Positions 8,773 through 18,528 of a stretch of DNA of 64,000 bases are shown piece by piece (within the stretch, counting starts at the first letter, position 1; every line of letters starts with the position of its first letter). A program made the position numbers and the translations under genes. The DNA comes from an uncultured Melioribacteraceae bacterium. GTDB lineage: Bacteria > Bacteroidota > Ignavibacteria > Ignavibacteriales > Melioribacteraceae. The notes under the pieces are model-generated. The model did no database searches. It was not told where the DNA came from and saw only the letters and a program-made list of their open reading frames with translations. The DNA is taken from the NCBI GenBank assembly GCA_964617555.1, contig CAZTYP010000029.1, positions 372-64,371 of the forward strand, written 5' to 3'.

Positions 8773-10040
8773 TATTTGTTTTTCTCCGGAATAAATAAAG
8801 TGTTGTAATTGGTTGTTATAAAATTAAAAATTTTTTCGGCAATAATTTTATTTGCAACGGGGGAATAGTGCCGCTTCATAAAAAGTTTGTTAATGCCATA
8901 TTTATCGGCATACTGTTTAAGTGAATCGTAAGGCTCAACAAATTTGTTTCCCTCTTTTAATTCGGAAAAAAGTTTATCATAAATGAACTTTTGATTGTAC
9001 ATAAATTTTAAAAATTTTCCCGTTAAAAAATCTAAATCGTTTTTTACCGGTAAATGTACGGGAACAAAATATTTCCCTTCTGCGGTTACATCATTTTTAA
9101 ATTGAGTAATTAATTTATATGTAATCTTATAACTTTCGCTTTCAGGCTTATAATAATCTATTTCGTTAAAAATCTGTGAAAGGGCGGAAACAACAAAGGA
9201 AACGGTTTTGCTGTAATAAAAAATATTCGACGAATAATTTTCGCGAGAATAAAACCCTTCGTAGTTTGCAAATTTCCAATTGTGAAAATTCCTAATAATA
9301 TCAACGGTTTTTTCAATATGTTTTATGGGATTACTGATTTTTACCAAAGCTCCCTTACGCAAAACAAAACGAGGTTTGGAATACGGGATTTTCGTAATAA
9401 AATAATAGAACGGTCTTAAAATATTTATATGTCGTTTTACATTTTCAAATTGTACCCCCAGAATAATAATATCAGGATTGAATTTTTTCTTTGTTGATTG
9501 CCAGCGCAGATAAGCCTGGTCAATTCCGTATCCGCTTACACCGAAGTTAATTACTTCAACATCAAAATTCTTTTTTGTAAAAAGATGTTGCAGATAATAT
9601 CCGATTGTATTTTCAAAAGGGACTTCATCTCCGTGCGAATATGAATCCCCGAAAATTGCAATTCTTATTCTCTTTCCCTTTGCATATTCAATATTCGTTG
9701 TTTCACTGCGAATAGCATCTTTGTTATAAATATAAATGTTGTTTTTCCCTTTATAGCAAGGGCTTGGTAACCATCCCAACAAAGTATCCGGCACAAGTCG
9801 AACGTTTTTAAATTTTCGAATTGGTTTTGTATTATAGATGCTGTCGGCAACTTTATGTTGCAAAAGTGCGTTTATCTTTTTTTCAGTTTCATGTATTGGA
9901 AGTTTGTACGGCTTTAAATGAATATAGTTTAAACTCATATTCCCGTCGGAATCTGTAACCGTTAAAAAAGAGATTGTGATTTCAACCATTGCAAATAACA
10001 GCAACAGAGTAAAAACCAATAGCAGTAATTTTTGCTTCAT
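8772..10040 (-). CDS. SGNH/GDSL-family hydrolase, membrane anchored
   Basis: N-terminal TM/signal segment. Block I reads IAIFGDSYSHGDEV (GDS), followed by FGVSGYGIDQ (block II Gly). Length 422 aa. Confidence 0.6.
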   Translation of the reverse strand: MKQKLLLLVFTLLLLFAMVEITISFLTVTDSDGNMSLNYIHLKPYKLPIHETEKKINALLQHKVADSIYNTKPIRKFKNVRLVPDTLLGWLPSPCYKGKNNIYIYNKDAIRSETTNIEYAKGKRIRIAIFGDSYSHGDEVPFENTIGYYLQHLFTKKNFDVEVINFGVSGYGIDQAYLRWQSTKKKFNPDIIILGVQFENVKRHINILRPFYYFITKIPYSKPRFVLRKGALVKISNPIKHIEKTVDIIRNFHNWKFANYEGFYSRENYSSNIFYYSKTVSFVVSALSQIFNEIDYYKPESESYKITYKLITQFKNDVTAEGKYFVPVHLPVKNDLDFLTGKFLKFMYNQKFIYDKLFSELKEGNKFVEPYDSLKQYADKYGINKLFMKRHYSPVANKIIAEKIFNFITTNYNTLFIPEKNK

Positions 10041-10173
10041 CGTTATTTAATATATTATTCTAAAGTAAGCGATTCAATTTGAAAGCGGATTTTGTTCGAA
10101 AACAATTTGAAATAAAAATCGTTATTTTCATACCACTTAAATTTTAAATATCATACAAAGATAAAAAATAGTA

Positions 10174-11118
10174 TTGGAAAAATTAGTTAGAAAACGAATT
10201 GTTACCGTCGGTAAAATTTTTATCGGGATAGGATTAATCATTTTTTTAACTTTTTATGTTAAGCCGGAAAAAATCTATTTAACATTTATTCGGGCAGATA
10301 AAGGATGGTTGATTGTTACTGTTTTATTATTGCCGTTAAATTTGTTTCTCCAATTTTTAAAATGGAAATTACTTTCGGATGAATATTTCAGTATTAATAA
10401 TAACAAGGCAACGTTGCTTTCTCTTTTTTACGGAATAAGCGGGGGTATTTTTACCCCTATGAAATCGGGAGAATATTTTGCACGCGCTTTGCCCTATCCT
10501 AAAGTAAAAATGCTGGATGTTATTCTTGCAACGGTTGTCGATAAATTAGTTCCCGTCCTGTTTGTTTTATTAATAGGCGGAATGTTTTTTATTATTTATC
10601 TGAAAAGTTTATTTGAACTTTCGGTTTTTGCAACGGTTTTGTTTATTGTTGCGTATAAAATTATACTTTTATTGATTCTTTTTCTGTTGCTCGGTAACGG
10701 TAAATTTTCTGCAAAGTTAAAAACTCAATTAAAAACCAAAAAATATTTTGCACGGATATTTGAAAGAGTAAGTTTCTTAAAGAAAATATCTCCTGAAATA
10801 TTCGGCAAAATTATTATAATCTCTTTTTTGTATCATTTAACATTTACTTTACAGATGAGTTTTTTGCTTATTGCTTACAGCGGAGTTTTCAATTTGCCGT
10901 TATTTTTCTTTGCAGCCAACTTGATAATTTTTGCACAGATTGTAATTCCTCCCGTAGCTTTCGGAGAAATAGGTGTGCGGGAAGGAACCGCAGTATATTT
11001 GTTGCATAATCTCGGATTTTCCGCTGCCGTAGGTTTTAATGCGGCAATAAGTTTGTTTGCAATCAACTTATTATTTCCTTCGGTTGTCGGATTAGTGTTA
11101 TTATTAAAACGAGGATAA
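10174..11118 (+). CDS. Flippase-like membrane protein (UPF0104 / lysylphosphatidylglycerol-synthase transmembrane-region family)
   Basis: TTG start, about 8 TM helices. The family-typical C-terminal motif IPPVAFGEIGVREGTAVYLL is present. The next gene starts 1 nt after the stop. Confidence 0.6.
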   Translation: MEKLVRKRIVTVGKIFIGIGLIIFLTFYVKPEKIYLTFIRADKGWLIVTVLLLPLNLFLQFLKWKLLSDEYFSINNNKATLLSLFYGISGGIFTPMKSGEYFARALPYPKVKMLDVILATVVDKLVPVLFVLLIGGMFFIIYLKSLFELSVFATVLFIVAYKIILLLILFLLLGNGKFSAKLKTQLKTKKYFARIFERVSFLKKISPEIFGKIIIISFLYHLTFTLQMSFLLIAYSGVFNLPLFFFAANLIIFAQIVIPPVAFGEIGVREGTAVYLLHNLGFSAAVGFNAAISLFAINLLFPSVVGLVLLLKRG

Positions 11119-11119
11119 T

Positions 11120-12253
11120 TTGTTAAATCTTTTTTTATTACTATTTATCGGGTTACTCGGGTTCTATTATTGGTTTATAAAAAAGATTAGAACCGGTTTG
11201 AGTAAATTGGATTATTATAAAACCCGATACGGAGGAGAGGAATTTATCAGCGTTGTAATACCTTATAGGAACGAAACGGAAAACATTGTGGATAATCTCA
11301 AAAGTTTGGAGTCCCAAAGTTTTCCCGAAAACAAATATGAAGTAATTTATGTTGATGATTTTTCTGAGGATGATTCCGCAATAAAACTTCGAAATGCCGT
11401 AACAAAAAAGAATGTTAAATTATATTCCGTGAAAAATTCCGGCTTGAAAAAAGCACATAAAAAGCATGCAATAGAATATGCTCTTACTAAGGCAAAAGGA
11501 AGCATTATCCTCTATACGGATGCCGATTGCATTGTTCCACCGGATTGGATTTCTGCAATGGTAGCCGGCTTTGAAGAAAATACGGCTTTAATTTCCGGAC
11601 CTGTAAAATTTAAAAGTTCAGAAACACTTTTTGATAAATTGCAAGCACTGGAATTTGCCGGGCTAATTATTGCCGGTGCGGGACTAATTGCAAACAAAAC
11701 ACCAATGATTGCGAGTTCGGCTAACCTTGCTTTCAGAAAAAAAGTGTTTGATGAAGTTGGCGGGTACAGAAATTTAATGAATTTATCTTCCGGCGATGAT
11801 GAATTACTTATGCAAAAAATTGCGTATGATACGGATTACGAAGTTAAATTTTGTTTTGATAGTGATGCAGTGGTTGTTACAAAACCCAATGATAGTGTCG
11901 GGGAATTTAGTCAGCAACGAAAACGTTGGGCAAGTAAAGGATTTTATTATCAAAACAAAAAAATAATTTTTCAACTCGTTTTTATTTTTTTCTTTTATCT
12001 CGGTCTTATAATACAGCCGATACTTGGTGTGTTTTGGTCTCCAAAATTTTTACCGGTTCTTGCGGTTTCATTTTCGGTTAAAATTATTATTGAATATTCC
12101 GTTTTGAAAAAAGGAGAGGGGATTATTCTCGATAAAATTTATTTCCCGTTGTTTCTGTTGGCGGAAATTTTGCATATCCCTTATATAATTTATGCATCGA
12201 TTTCAGGATTATTCGGTAACTTTTCATGGAAAGGTAGGGAATTAGAGCGATAA
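11120..12253 (+). CDS. Integral-membrane glycosyltransferase family 2 (GT2/GT21-like, D,D,D,QxxRW type)
   Basis: N-terminal TM helix, then VSVVIPYRNE, YVDDFSEDDS, YTDADC and QQRKRWASKG (QxxRW). C-terminal multi-TM region ending in SWKGRE. Confidence 0.8.
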   Translation: MLNLFLLLFIGLLGFYYWFIKKIRTGLSKLDYYKTRYGGEEFISVVIPYRNETENIVDNLKSLESQSFPENKYEVIYVDDFSEDDSAIKLRNAVTKKNVKLYSVKNSGLKKAHKKHAIEYALTKAKGSIILYTDADCIVPPDWISAMVAGFEENTALISGPVKFKSSETLFDKLQALEFAGLIIAGAGLIANKTPMIASSANLAFRKKVFDEVGGYRNLMNLSSGDDELLMQKIAYDTDYEVKFCFDSDAVVVTKPNDSVGEFSQQRKRWASKGFYYQNKKIIFQLVFIFFFYLGLIIQPILGVFWSPKFLPVLAVSFSVKIIIEYSVLKKGEGIILDKIYFPLFLLAEILHIPYIIYASISGLFGNFSWKGRELER

Positions 12254-12254
12254 G

Positions 12255-12896
12255 ATGCAAAGGAAAAAAATTAAATATGTTCCGCCCGTGCTATTTCGTA
12301 AACTGTTTCCCACAACAATATGGAACGCCAAAACCGATAAAATACTTCTAACCTTTGATGACGGACCTAACGAGGTTACAACTCCGCTGATATTGGCGGC
12401 ATTAAAAAAACATTCCGTAAAAGGAGTTTTTTTCTGCGTGGGAGAAAACATTTTACGATACCCCGAAATTACAAAAGAAATAATCAAACAAGGACATATG
12501 CTTGCAAATCATACAATGACCCATAGAAAAATTTTTCTTTTTAATGATGAAGCGGAAAACGATATTGCCCTTTGTTCACAAGCAATTAAAGATATTACGG
12601 GTACATTGCCTCGTTATTTTAGAGCACCATACGGACGAATAGGTCTCAGAACGGAAAAATTATTGAATCGTCAAAGTTTGATAAACGTAATGTGGAGCTT
12701 AATCCCATACGATTACAAAAATGATTTTAATATTATTAGTTTTGCAGTTAGTAATTATTTAACAAATAATTCAATAGTGGTATTGCACGATAATGTAAAA
12801 TCAAAAACGATTATTAAAAAGGCGATTGATTATATAATTCAAGTAAGTGAACAAAAGGGATTTACAATAGGAGAGCCGAACGAATGTTTGAAATAA
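12255..12896 (+). CDS. Polysaccharide deacetylase, NodB homology domain (CE4)
   Basis: Canonical CE4 motifs LTFDDGPN, ANHTMTH, FRAPYG and VVLHD. 213 aa, with no signal peptide seen. Confidence 0.85.
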   Translation: MQRKKIKYVPPVLFRKLFPTTIWNAKTDKILLTFDDGPNEVTTPLILAALKKHSVKGVFFCVGENILRYPEITKEIIKQGHMLANHTMTHRKIFLFNDEAENDIALCSQAIKDITGTLPRYFRAPYGRIGLRTEKLLNRQSLINVMWSLIPYDYKNDFNIISFAVSNYLTNNSIVVLHDNVKSKTIIKKAIDYIIQVSEQKGFTIGEPNECLK

Positions 12897-13984
12897 TCTT
12901 TCTTGTGATACTTTCTTTATATTTTGTTTTTACTGTTGCCGTAATAATAGGTGCTGCAAAAACTTTTCCTAAAAAGGGGGAAAACAATTTGCCCTCTGTC
13001 TCCGTTATTGTTGCTGCACGAAACGAAGAAAAAAATATTGTCGAAACTCTTAAGTCCCTCGATAAATTGGATTTTCCCGAAAACAAACTTGAAATAATTA
13101 TTGTTGATGATAACTCTACCGATAATACCGGTAAAATAATAGACGAGTTTATTTCAGGAAAAAGTAAGTTTAAAAAAATCATATCAATTAAGGGAAAAAA
13201 AGGATTAAAAGGGAAAACCTTAGCCATTGCTAACGGAATTGAGCATGCAACTAATGAAATAATATTAACCACGGATGCAGATTGTGTGGTCTCGTCTTTG
13301 TGGGCTAAGCGATTGGCTTCCTATTATTTTGATGAAAAAGTTGCAATGGTAAACGGCATAACCAATCAGTTTGACGATACACTTTTTTCGGGAATGCAAT
13401 CGGCAGATTTTATCTATTTGCTCACAACGGCAAGCGGTACAATAAACATGGGCTTGCCTATGAGTTGCATCGGTAATAATATGTCTTATCGTAAATCTGT
13501 TTACGAAGAGATAGGAGGATATGAAAATCTTGATTTTTCCGTAACGGAAGATTTTAAATTATTGATGGCTATTAACAAATTAAAAAAATATAAAATTATT
13601 TATCCAATCGATAAAGATAGTCTGGTTACCTCCAAAGCATGCGTTTCTTTGCGAGAATTGTATCATCAAAAAAAACGTTGGGCAGTTGGCGGCTTGGATA
13701 GCGAGCCTGCCGGAGCTGTTCTTATTGCCACTGCTTTCTTTACAAATTTAATGATGCTCCTTTCGCCTTTCTTTTTCTCAAAATCGGTCTTCACGCTCTT
13801 TCTTTTTAAAATTATTATTGATTATTTTTTCATTACTCCCGTATATCAAAAATTAGGATTGAAACTACAACTAAAACACTTCCTTCTATTTGAACTTTAT
13901 TATATAATTTATGTTGTTGCAATGCCCGTAATACTCCTTTTTAATCGAAAAGTAAAATGGAAAGGAAGAGAATATGCAAAATAA
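12884..13984 (+). CDS. Integral-membrane glycosyltransferase family 2, paralog of the 11120-12253 gene
   Basis: VSVIVAARNEE, IVDDNSTDNT, TTDADC and HQKKRWAVGG motifs. C-terminal TM region ending in KWKGRE. It overlaps the deacetylase by 13 nt and the next gene by 11 nt. Confidence 0.8.
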   Translation: MFEIIFLVILSLYFVFTVAVIIGAAKTFPKKGENNLPSVSVIVAARNEEKNIVETLKSLDKLDFPENKLEIIIVDDNSTDNTGKIIDEFISGKSKFKKIISIKGKKGLKGKTLAIANGIEHATNEIILTTDADCVVSSLWAKRLASYYFDEKVAMVNGITNQFDDTLFSGMQSADFIYLLTTASGTINMGLPMSCIGNNMSYRKSVYEEIGGYENLDFSVTEDFKLLMAINKLKKYKIIYPIDKDSLVTSKACVSLRELYHQKKRWAVGGLDSEPAGAVLIATAFFTNLMMLLSPFFFSKSVFTLFLFKIIIDYFFITPVYQKLGLKLQLKHFLLFELYYIIYVVAMPVILLFNRKVKWKGREYAK

Positions 13985-14927
13985 AAAACATTCCCCCTTT
14001 CTTCATGTTTTGCTTTTTTTTGTTACGGTAGCAACTACGTTAATTGCCGGAGCGGAATGGATAACCGGTAAACCCGGTCCGTTTGATATTTCGGAGTTGA
14101 AAGTGGCACTTCCCTATACCGTTTCAATCCTTTTTATTCTCGGTGTTCACGAGTTCGGTCATTATTTTGCAGCACGTTTTCACAAGGTAGATGTAACGTT
14201 GCCCTACTTTATCCCTTTCCCGCCTCTTGCCGGGTTTCTTAATTTCGGAACAATGGGTGCTGTAATCAAAACACGTTCGTCTGTTGTTTCAAACAAAGTT
14301 ATGTTCGATATTGGTGTTGCCGGACCTATTGCAGGATTTTTTGCAGCTTTAATTGTATTAATTTACGGTTATCTGAATTTACCCGATGTTAATTATTTAC
14401 TTGCAATACATCCCGATTATTTTTCTCCGGATTATGGTCATGATGCAATTGTGCTAAAGTTCGGAAGTTCATTGTTGTTCGAATTTTTTAATTATATTTT
14501 TAACACTCCGGATAATTTTATACCCCCCATGACGGAAATTTATCACTATCCCTACTTAATTGCCGGATGGTTCGGTTTGTTTGTTACATCCATGAATATG
14601 ATTCCCGTAGGGCAACTTGACGGCGGGCATGTTGTTTTCGGGATGTTCGGAGAAAAGAAACACGAAATAATTGCTTCAATTTTTATGATTATTCTTTTAA
14701 TCTTCGGGTTTACCGGTACGTTGGACGCATTGTTGGGCTTAGGCCTTAATTTCGGGTGGACAGGCTGGTTGTTTTGGGCATTACTATTAAAATTTGTAAT
14801 TAAGATAAAGCATCCGCCGGTTTACATTACGCAACCGTTGAGTAAAACCAGAATGCTGTTCGGGTATTTTAGTCTTTTTATTTTATTTGTTACATTTTCT
14901 CCTTCGCCCTTTATTATTCAATTTTAA
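13974..14927 (+). CDS. Site-2 protease family (M50) intramembrane metalloprotease
   Basis: HEFGHYFAAR (HExxH) in a TM helix, plus NMIPVGQLDGGHV (NxxPxxxLDG). Polytopic, 317 aa. Confidence 0.8.
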   Translation: MQNKKHSPFLHVLLFFVTVATTLIAGAEWITGKPGPFDISELKVALPYTVSILFILGVHEFGHYFAARFHKVDVTLPYFIPFPPLAGFLNFGTMGAVIKTRSSVVSNKVMFDIGVAGPIAGFFAALIVLIYGYLNLPDVNYLLAIHPDYFSPDYGHDAIVLKFGSSLLFEFFNYIFNTPDNFIPPMTEIYHYPYLIAGWFGLFVTSMNMIPVGQLDGGHVVFGMFGEKKHEIIASIFMIILLIFGFTGTLDALLGLGLNFGWTGWLFWALLLKFVIKIKHPPVYITQPLSKTRMLFGYFSLFILFVTFSPSPFIIQF

Positions 14928-15153
14928 TAAAATATTTATCACTTGACAATAGAAATTCAAGTATTTAACTTTTACAATCTAAAAAAAAAGGAAATGCTTT
15001 ATAGAAAAAATTGCTACCATTATTATTTTTTTTGATTTTATTTATACAATTTAATATGATTTTCGCAGAGCGATTTTTCTAAAAGATATTTTCTGTTTTT
15101 CCCTTTCCTTAGAATAATTACCTCTGTAATATTTTTAATTAACAGGTAAATCT

Positions 15154-15945
15154 ATGTATAAACTATTACCAATTTGGGCTTTAGCCGTTTTATTTTTTGC
15201 TTGCGATAGCATTGAAGACGGTGTAATAGATCCGTACAATACCGAGTATAGCAAAGTTACAATTGATGCTCCTACCGAAATAAAATATGTTGATGAAACT
15301 ACGGAATTAAATACCTCGGTAACATTTTCGGAAAAAGGAAAAATTTCGGCCGTATGGATTAAAGTTGCATCGGTTGACGGAAGTTATGTTATTACGTATC
15401 ACACGGATATGAAAAATTTAAACGGCAATAAATATTACGCTTCCGTAAAGATGAAACCCGATATGCCGAGTTTGGCATATGCAATAGATTATTATTTTTC
15501 AACGGAAATACAACAAGGTAAAAAAATAGCTTCCTATATTTTTAATTACGATAATTCGCAAAACAACGTTCCTCCCGAAATATCTAATCCGCTCTTTTAC
15601 TATACTAATTCCGTACCGGCGTTGTTGGATACAATTAAAAATGAAAAAGAATTTTTGTTAACGCTTAATGTAAAAGATGATAACGGGTTGGCGGATATAG
15701 ATTCTGTTTATACTGATTTATATAATTATCAAGATACCAACAATGTAAAAGTTACCAGAATAGAACTGTTTGATGACGGCAAAATTGATGAAAGCGGAGA
15801 TAAAATTGCCGGCGACGGAATTTATACGCGTAAAGGATATTTCCCTGCTTACTCTGTCGGTAAACGGAAATATTTGTTTGTTGCAAAAGATAGAGCCGGA
15901 TTAATAAGTAATACCTTAACTCATAATTTTGTGGTGATTAGATGA
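15154..15945 (+). CDS. Hypothetical lipoprotein
   Basis: Signal peptide with lipobox (LFFACDS). The body looks beta-rich and Ig-like, with a C-terminal DDGKIDESGDKIAGDGIYT motif. It is the first gene of an overlapping operon. Confidence 0.5.
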   Translation: MYKLLPIWALAVLFFACDSIEDGVIDPYNTEYSKVTIDAPTEIKYVDETTELNTSVTFSEKGKISAVWIKVASVDGSYVITYHTDMKNLNGNKYYASVKMKPDMPSLAYAIDYYFSTEIQQGKKIASYIFNYDNSQNNVPPEISNPLFYYTNSVPALLDTIKNEKEFLLTLNVKDDNGLADIDSVYTDLYNYQDTNNVKVTRIELFDDGKIDESGDKIAGDGIYTRKGYFPAYSVGKRKYLFVAKDRAGLISNTLTHNFVVIR

Positions 15946-17510
15946 TATATAAAATATTAATATTTGTTGTTTTTTCTTCTGTGTTGTTCGGACAGTACAA
16001 TCCCTATACTTATAGTTTGGAAGAAAAAGAGATTGCAAAAATAAGTAGCATTACACCGGCAAGTAATTCCATACAAGATATTATTGTTGATAATAATTTG
16101 ATTATTCTCGGAACATCAAGAGGTATAAGCATTTCCGAAAATAATGGTGAAGATTGGATAAATTTTTATAACACGGCTCCTTTCGGTACTGACGGAACAA
16201 CGGCAATAGGTTATAATAACGGTGTAATTTGGGCAGCAACCGGACGAACAACACAAGTTGAAGGCGGAAGTTATTTGCCCGAAGGCACCGGACTGAAATA
16301 TTCTGTTGATAACGGAACAACATGGACATCAATCATGCAACCCCTTGATGATGAAGGAGATTCGCTAATTACATACGGAATAAACACAATACGTGCATTG
16401 CCTGTTACCGTTGCAATAAGTAATATTACTTACGATATTGCATTTACAAAAAACACAGTTTGGATTGCCTCTTTTGCCGGTGGCTTGCGCAAATCAACAG
16501 ATATGGGCAAAACTTGGCAAAGAGTTGTTTTGCCTCCGGATACCCTTAATTCTATTAGTCCTAACGATACTCTTGATTTTTCTTTACAGCCGGTTGCCGG
16601 AAAGTTCGGCCCCGAATCTTGGCTTAATCATAGAGTCTTTTCCGTGCTTGGCGTTGATGACTCAACTATTTATGTTGGTACTGCCGGCGGAATAAATAAA
16701 TCTACCGATAATGGTGTAAGTTGGGTTAAATATTCTCATCAAAATCAAACCAATCCCATAAGCGGAAATTTTGTTGTGGCATTGGGTAAAGATAATTCCA
16801 ACGGCTCTGTTTGGGCTGCAACGTGGAAAGCTGAAGACCTTAATGAATTTTGGGCTGTTAGTTTTACCGAGGATTGCGGCAACAATTGGAAGGTTACTCT
16901 TCCCGACGAGCACGCACATAATTTCGGATTTAAATATTTGGATAACGGCGGTTCGCATGTTTTTGTTCCTACTGATCACGGAATTTTTCGTTCCGCCGAT
17001 AAAGGGATAAGTTGGCAACAACCCACCGAAATAAAGGATAATATTACAAACATCTCAATTGGAACTAATATCTATTATGCGATGACGGCTGAAAAAATTT
17101 CCGTAAGCGATTATTATATTTGGATTGGCTCTAATAACGGGTTAGCAAGGTTAACGGAAGGAAGCAATGATTATTGGACGGGAGAATGGAAGGTATATCT
17201 TGCGTCAGATGATATTGAAAACAACGAAACGTATGCTTTTCCTAATCCTTTTTCTCCTTCTCAAGAAAAAATAAAAATAAAATATACGGTCCCGGACGAT
17301 ACCGAGGTAACAATACGAATAATGAATTTTGATATGCAACTTGTAAGGGTACTCATACAAAATGCCGGACGTGGAATTGGCGACCATTTGGAATATTGGG
17401 ACGGTAGAGATGAAATAGGGGAGATTGTTAAAAACGGTGTCTATTTTTATAGAATTGATGCAACCGTATTTAAGGAACCGCTTTTCGGTAAAATTATGGT
17501 GTTAAGATGA
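15942..17510 (+). CDS. BNR/Asp-box repeat beta-propeller protein with a T9SS C-terminal sorting domain
   Basis: Six SxDxGxxW-type Asp-boxes: SENNGEDW, SVDNGTTW, STDMGKTW, STDNGVSW, TEDCGNNW and SADKGISW. The C-terminus reads FPNPFSP...IRIMNFDMQLV...WDGRDEIGEIVKNGVYFYRI...GKIMVLR, which is typical of type A T9SS/FlgD-Ig sorting domains. Confidence 0.8.
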   Translation: MIYKILIFVVFSSVLFGQYNPYTYSLEEKEIAKISSITPASNSIQDIIVDNNLIILGTSRGISISENNGEDWINFYNTAPFGTDGTTAIGYNNGVIWAATGRTTQVEGGSYLPEGTGLKYSVDNGTTWTSIMQPLDDEGDSLITYGINTIRALPVTVAISNITYDIAFTKNTVWIASFAGGLRKSTDMGKTWQRVVLPPDTLNSISPNDTLDFSLQPVAGKFGPESWLNHRVFSVLGVDDSTIYVGTAGGINKSTDNGVSWVKYSHQNQTNPISGNFVVALGKDNSNGSVWAATWKAEDLNEFWAVSFTEDCGNNWKVTLPDEHAHNFGFKYLDNGGSHVFVPTDHGIFRSADKGISWQQPTEIKDNITNISIGTNIYYAMTAEKISVSDYYIWIGSNNGLARLTEGSNDYWTGEWKVYLASDDIENNETYAFPNPFSPSQEKIKIKYTVPDDTEVTIRIMNFDMQLVRVLIQNAGRGIGDHLEYWDGRDEIGEIVKNGVYFYRIDATVFKEPLFGKIMVLR

Positions 17511-18508
17511 TGAGAAAAAATATATTTGTTGCGCTTCTGTTTTTTACTACGGCTCTTCTTGCCCAATCAGTTCAATATACGGAAATGGCAAATATGCCCG
17601 GAGCTTTTGCCAGAACGGGTTTCGGAGCAAGAGGAATGGGAATGGGGAATGCACTTTCATCTGTAATTAATGGTGAAATGGCAACTTATTATAATCCGGC
17701 TCTTTCTGTCTATCAAACCGGTAATTCATTTCAAACGTCCTATTCCGTTTTGTCTTTGGACAGAAATCTTAACTTTCTAAGTTATACTCGTAAGTTCGTT
17801 CTAAAGAAAAAGAAAAATAAGTTCTCAGGTAAAAAAAGAATTGCCGGAATTAGTGTGGGAATAATAAATTCTGGGGTTTCTAATTTTGCGGAACGTGATA
17901 ACCAAGGAAATGTTACAGGTAAGTTAAAACCTACCGAAAATCAATTTTATCTCTCTTTGGCAAATCAGTTCTCCGAAAAATTATCGATAGGGTTTTCCGC
18001 CAAATTATATTATTCAAAATTGTACGACAAAGTTTCAACAACCACTTTCGGCATTGATGTAGGTATTCTTTACCGTGTTGTTACCAACATAGCGCTTTCT
18101 GCCGTGGTAACGGATTTACTCAGTAAATATGAATGGGATACAACACCGTTATACGGACAAGACGGCATAAACGGTATTGATGATAAATTTCCTCTCCTTA
18201 TTAAATTCGGAGCATCTTATTTTTTACCTGATAAAAACTTAACTGCCTCGGTTGAATTTGAACATAGCAATGTTGGTAATAATTATCTTCGTTTTGGTTT
18301 GGAATATGGAATTTATAAAGGCTTCTTTATTCGCGGAGGAATTGATAAATTTGATTTGAGCAATATATTCGTTCCTACTAGACCCGCATTTGGCTTTTCT
18401 TATTTACACGATTTTACATCACTTATTATGGGGGTAAATTATGCTTATGTCCTTGAGCCCTATTCGTCTTTTGACAAGCATATTATCGGAATAGATATTA
18501 ATTTTTAA
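17507..18508 (+). CDS. PorV/PorQ-family (FadL-like) outer-membrane beta-barrel protein
   Basis: Signal peptide, then an N-terminal FGARGMGMGNA...YYNPA motif. Alternating beta-strand pattern and a C-terminal aromatic residue (IDINF). ATGA overlap with the cargo gene. Confidence 0.65.
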   Translation: MMRKNIFVALLFFTTALLAQSVQYTEMANMPGAFARTGFGARGMGMGNALSSVINGEMATYYNPALSVYQTGNSFQTSYSVLSLDRNLNFLSYTRKFVLKKKKNKFSGKKRIAGISVGIINSGVSNFAERDNQGNVTGKLKPTENQFYLSLANQFSEKLSIGFSAKLYYSKLYDKVSTTTFGIDVGILYRVVTNIALSAVVTDLLSKYEWDTTPLYGQDGINGIDDKFPLLIKFGASYFLPDKNLTASVEFEHSNVGNNYLRFGLEYGIYKGFFIRGGIDKFDLSNIFVPTRPAFGFSYLHDFTSLIMGVNYAYVLEPYSSFDKHIIGIDINF

Positions 18509-18528
18509 TTGAAAATTTTAGGAATTTT

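Noticed and set aside
12862-13272. 136-aa minus-strand ORF. Similar long antisense ORFs occur at 1277-1582, 16662-17021, 26350-26715, 29111-29497, 39037-39570, 44116-44520, 48618-48914, 49313-49630, 52495-52962 and 58493-58822.
   Set aside because: Each lies wholly inside, and antisense to or out of frame with, a gene that has strong motif support. The translations are Ile/Phe/Asn/Lys-rich with no recognisable motifs, no RBS and no operon logic. This is what stop-poor antisense frames in AT-rich coding DNA are expected to produce.
14928-15153. TTGACA hexamer (14942-14947) and TACAAT in the 226-nt region upstream of the T9SS operon, considered as a sigma-70 promoter
   Set aside because: The spacing between TTGACA and the best -10-like hexamers is about 13 or about 23 nt, not 16-18. 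FCB-type bacteria often use a different promoter consensus. This is too weak to annotate.
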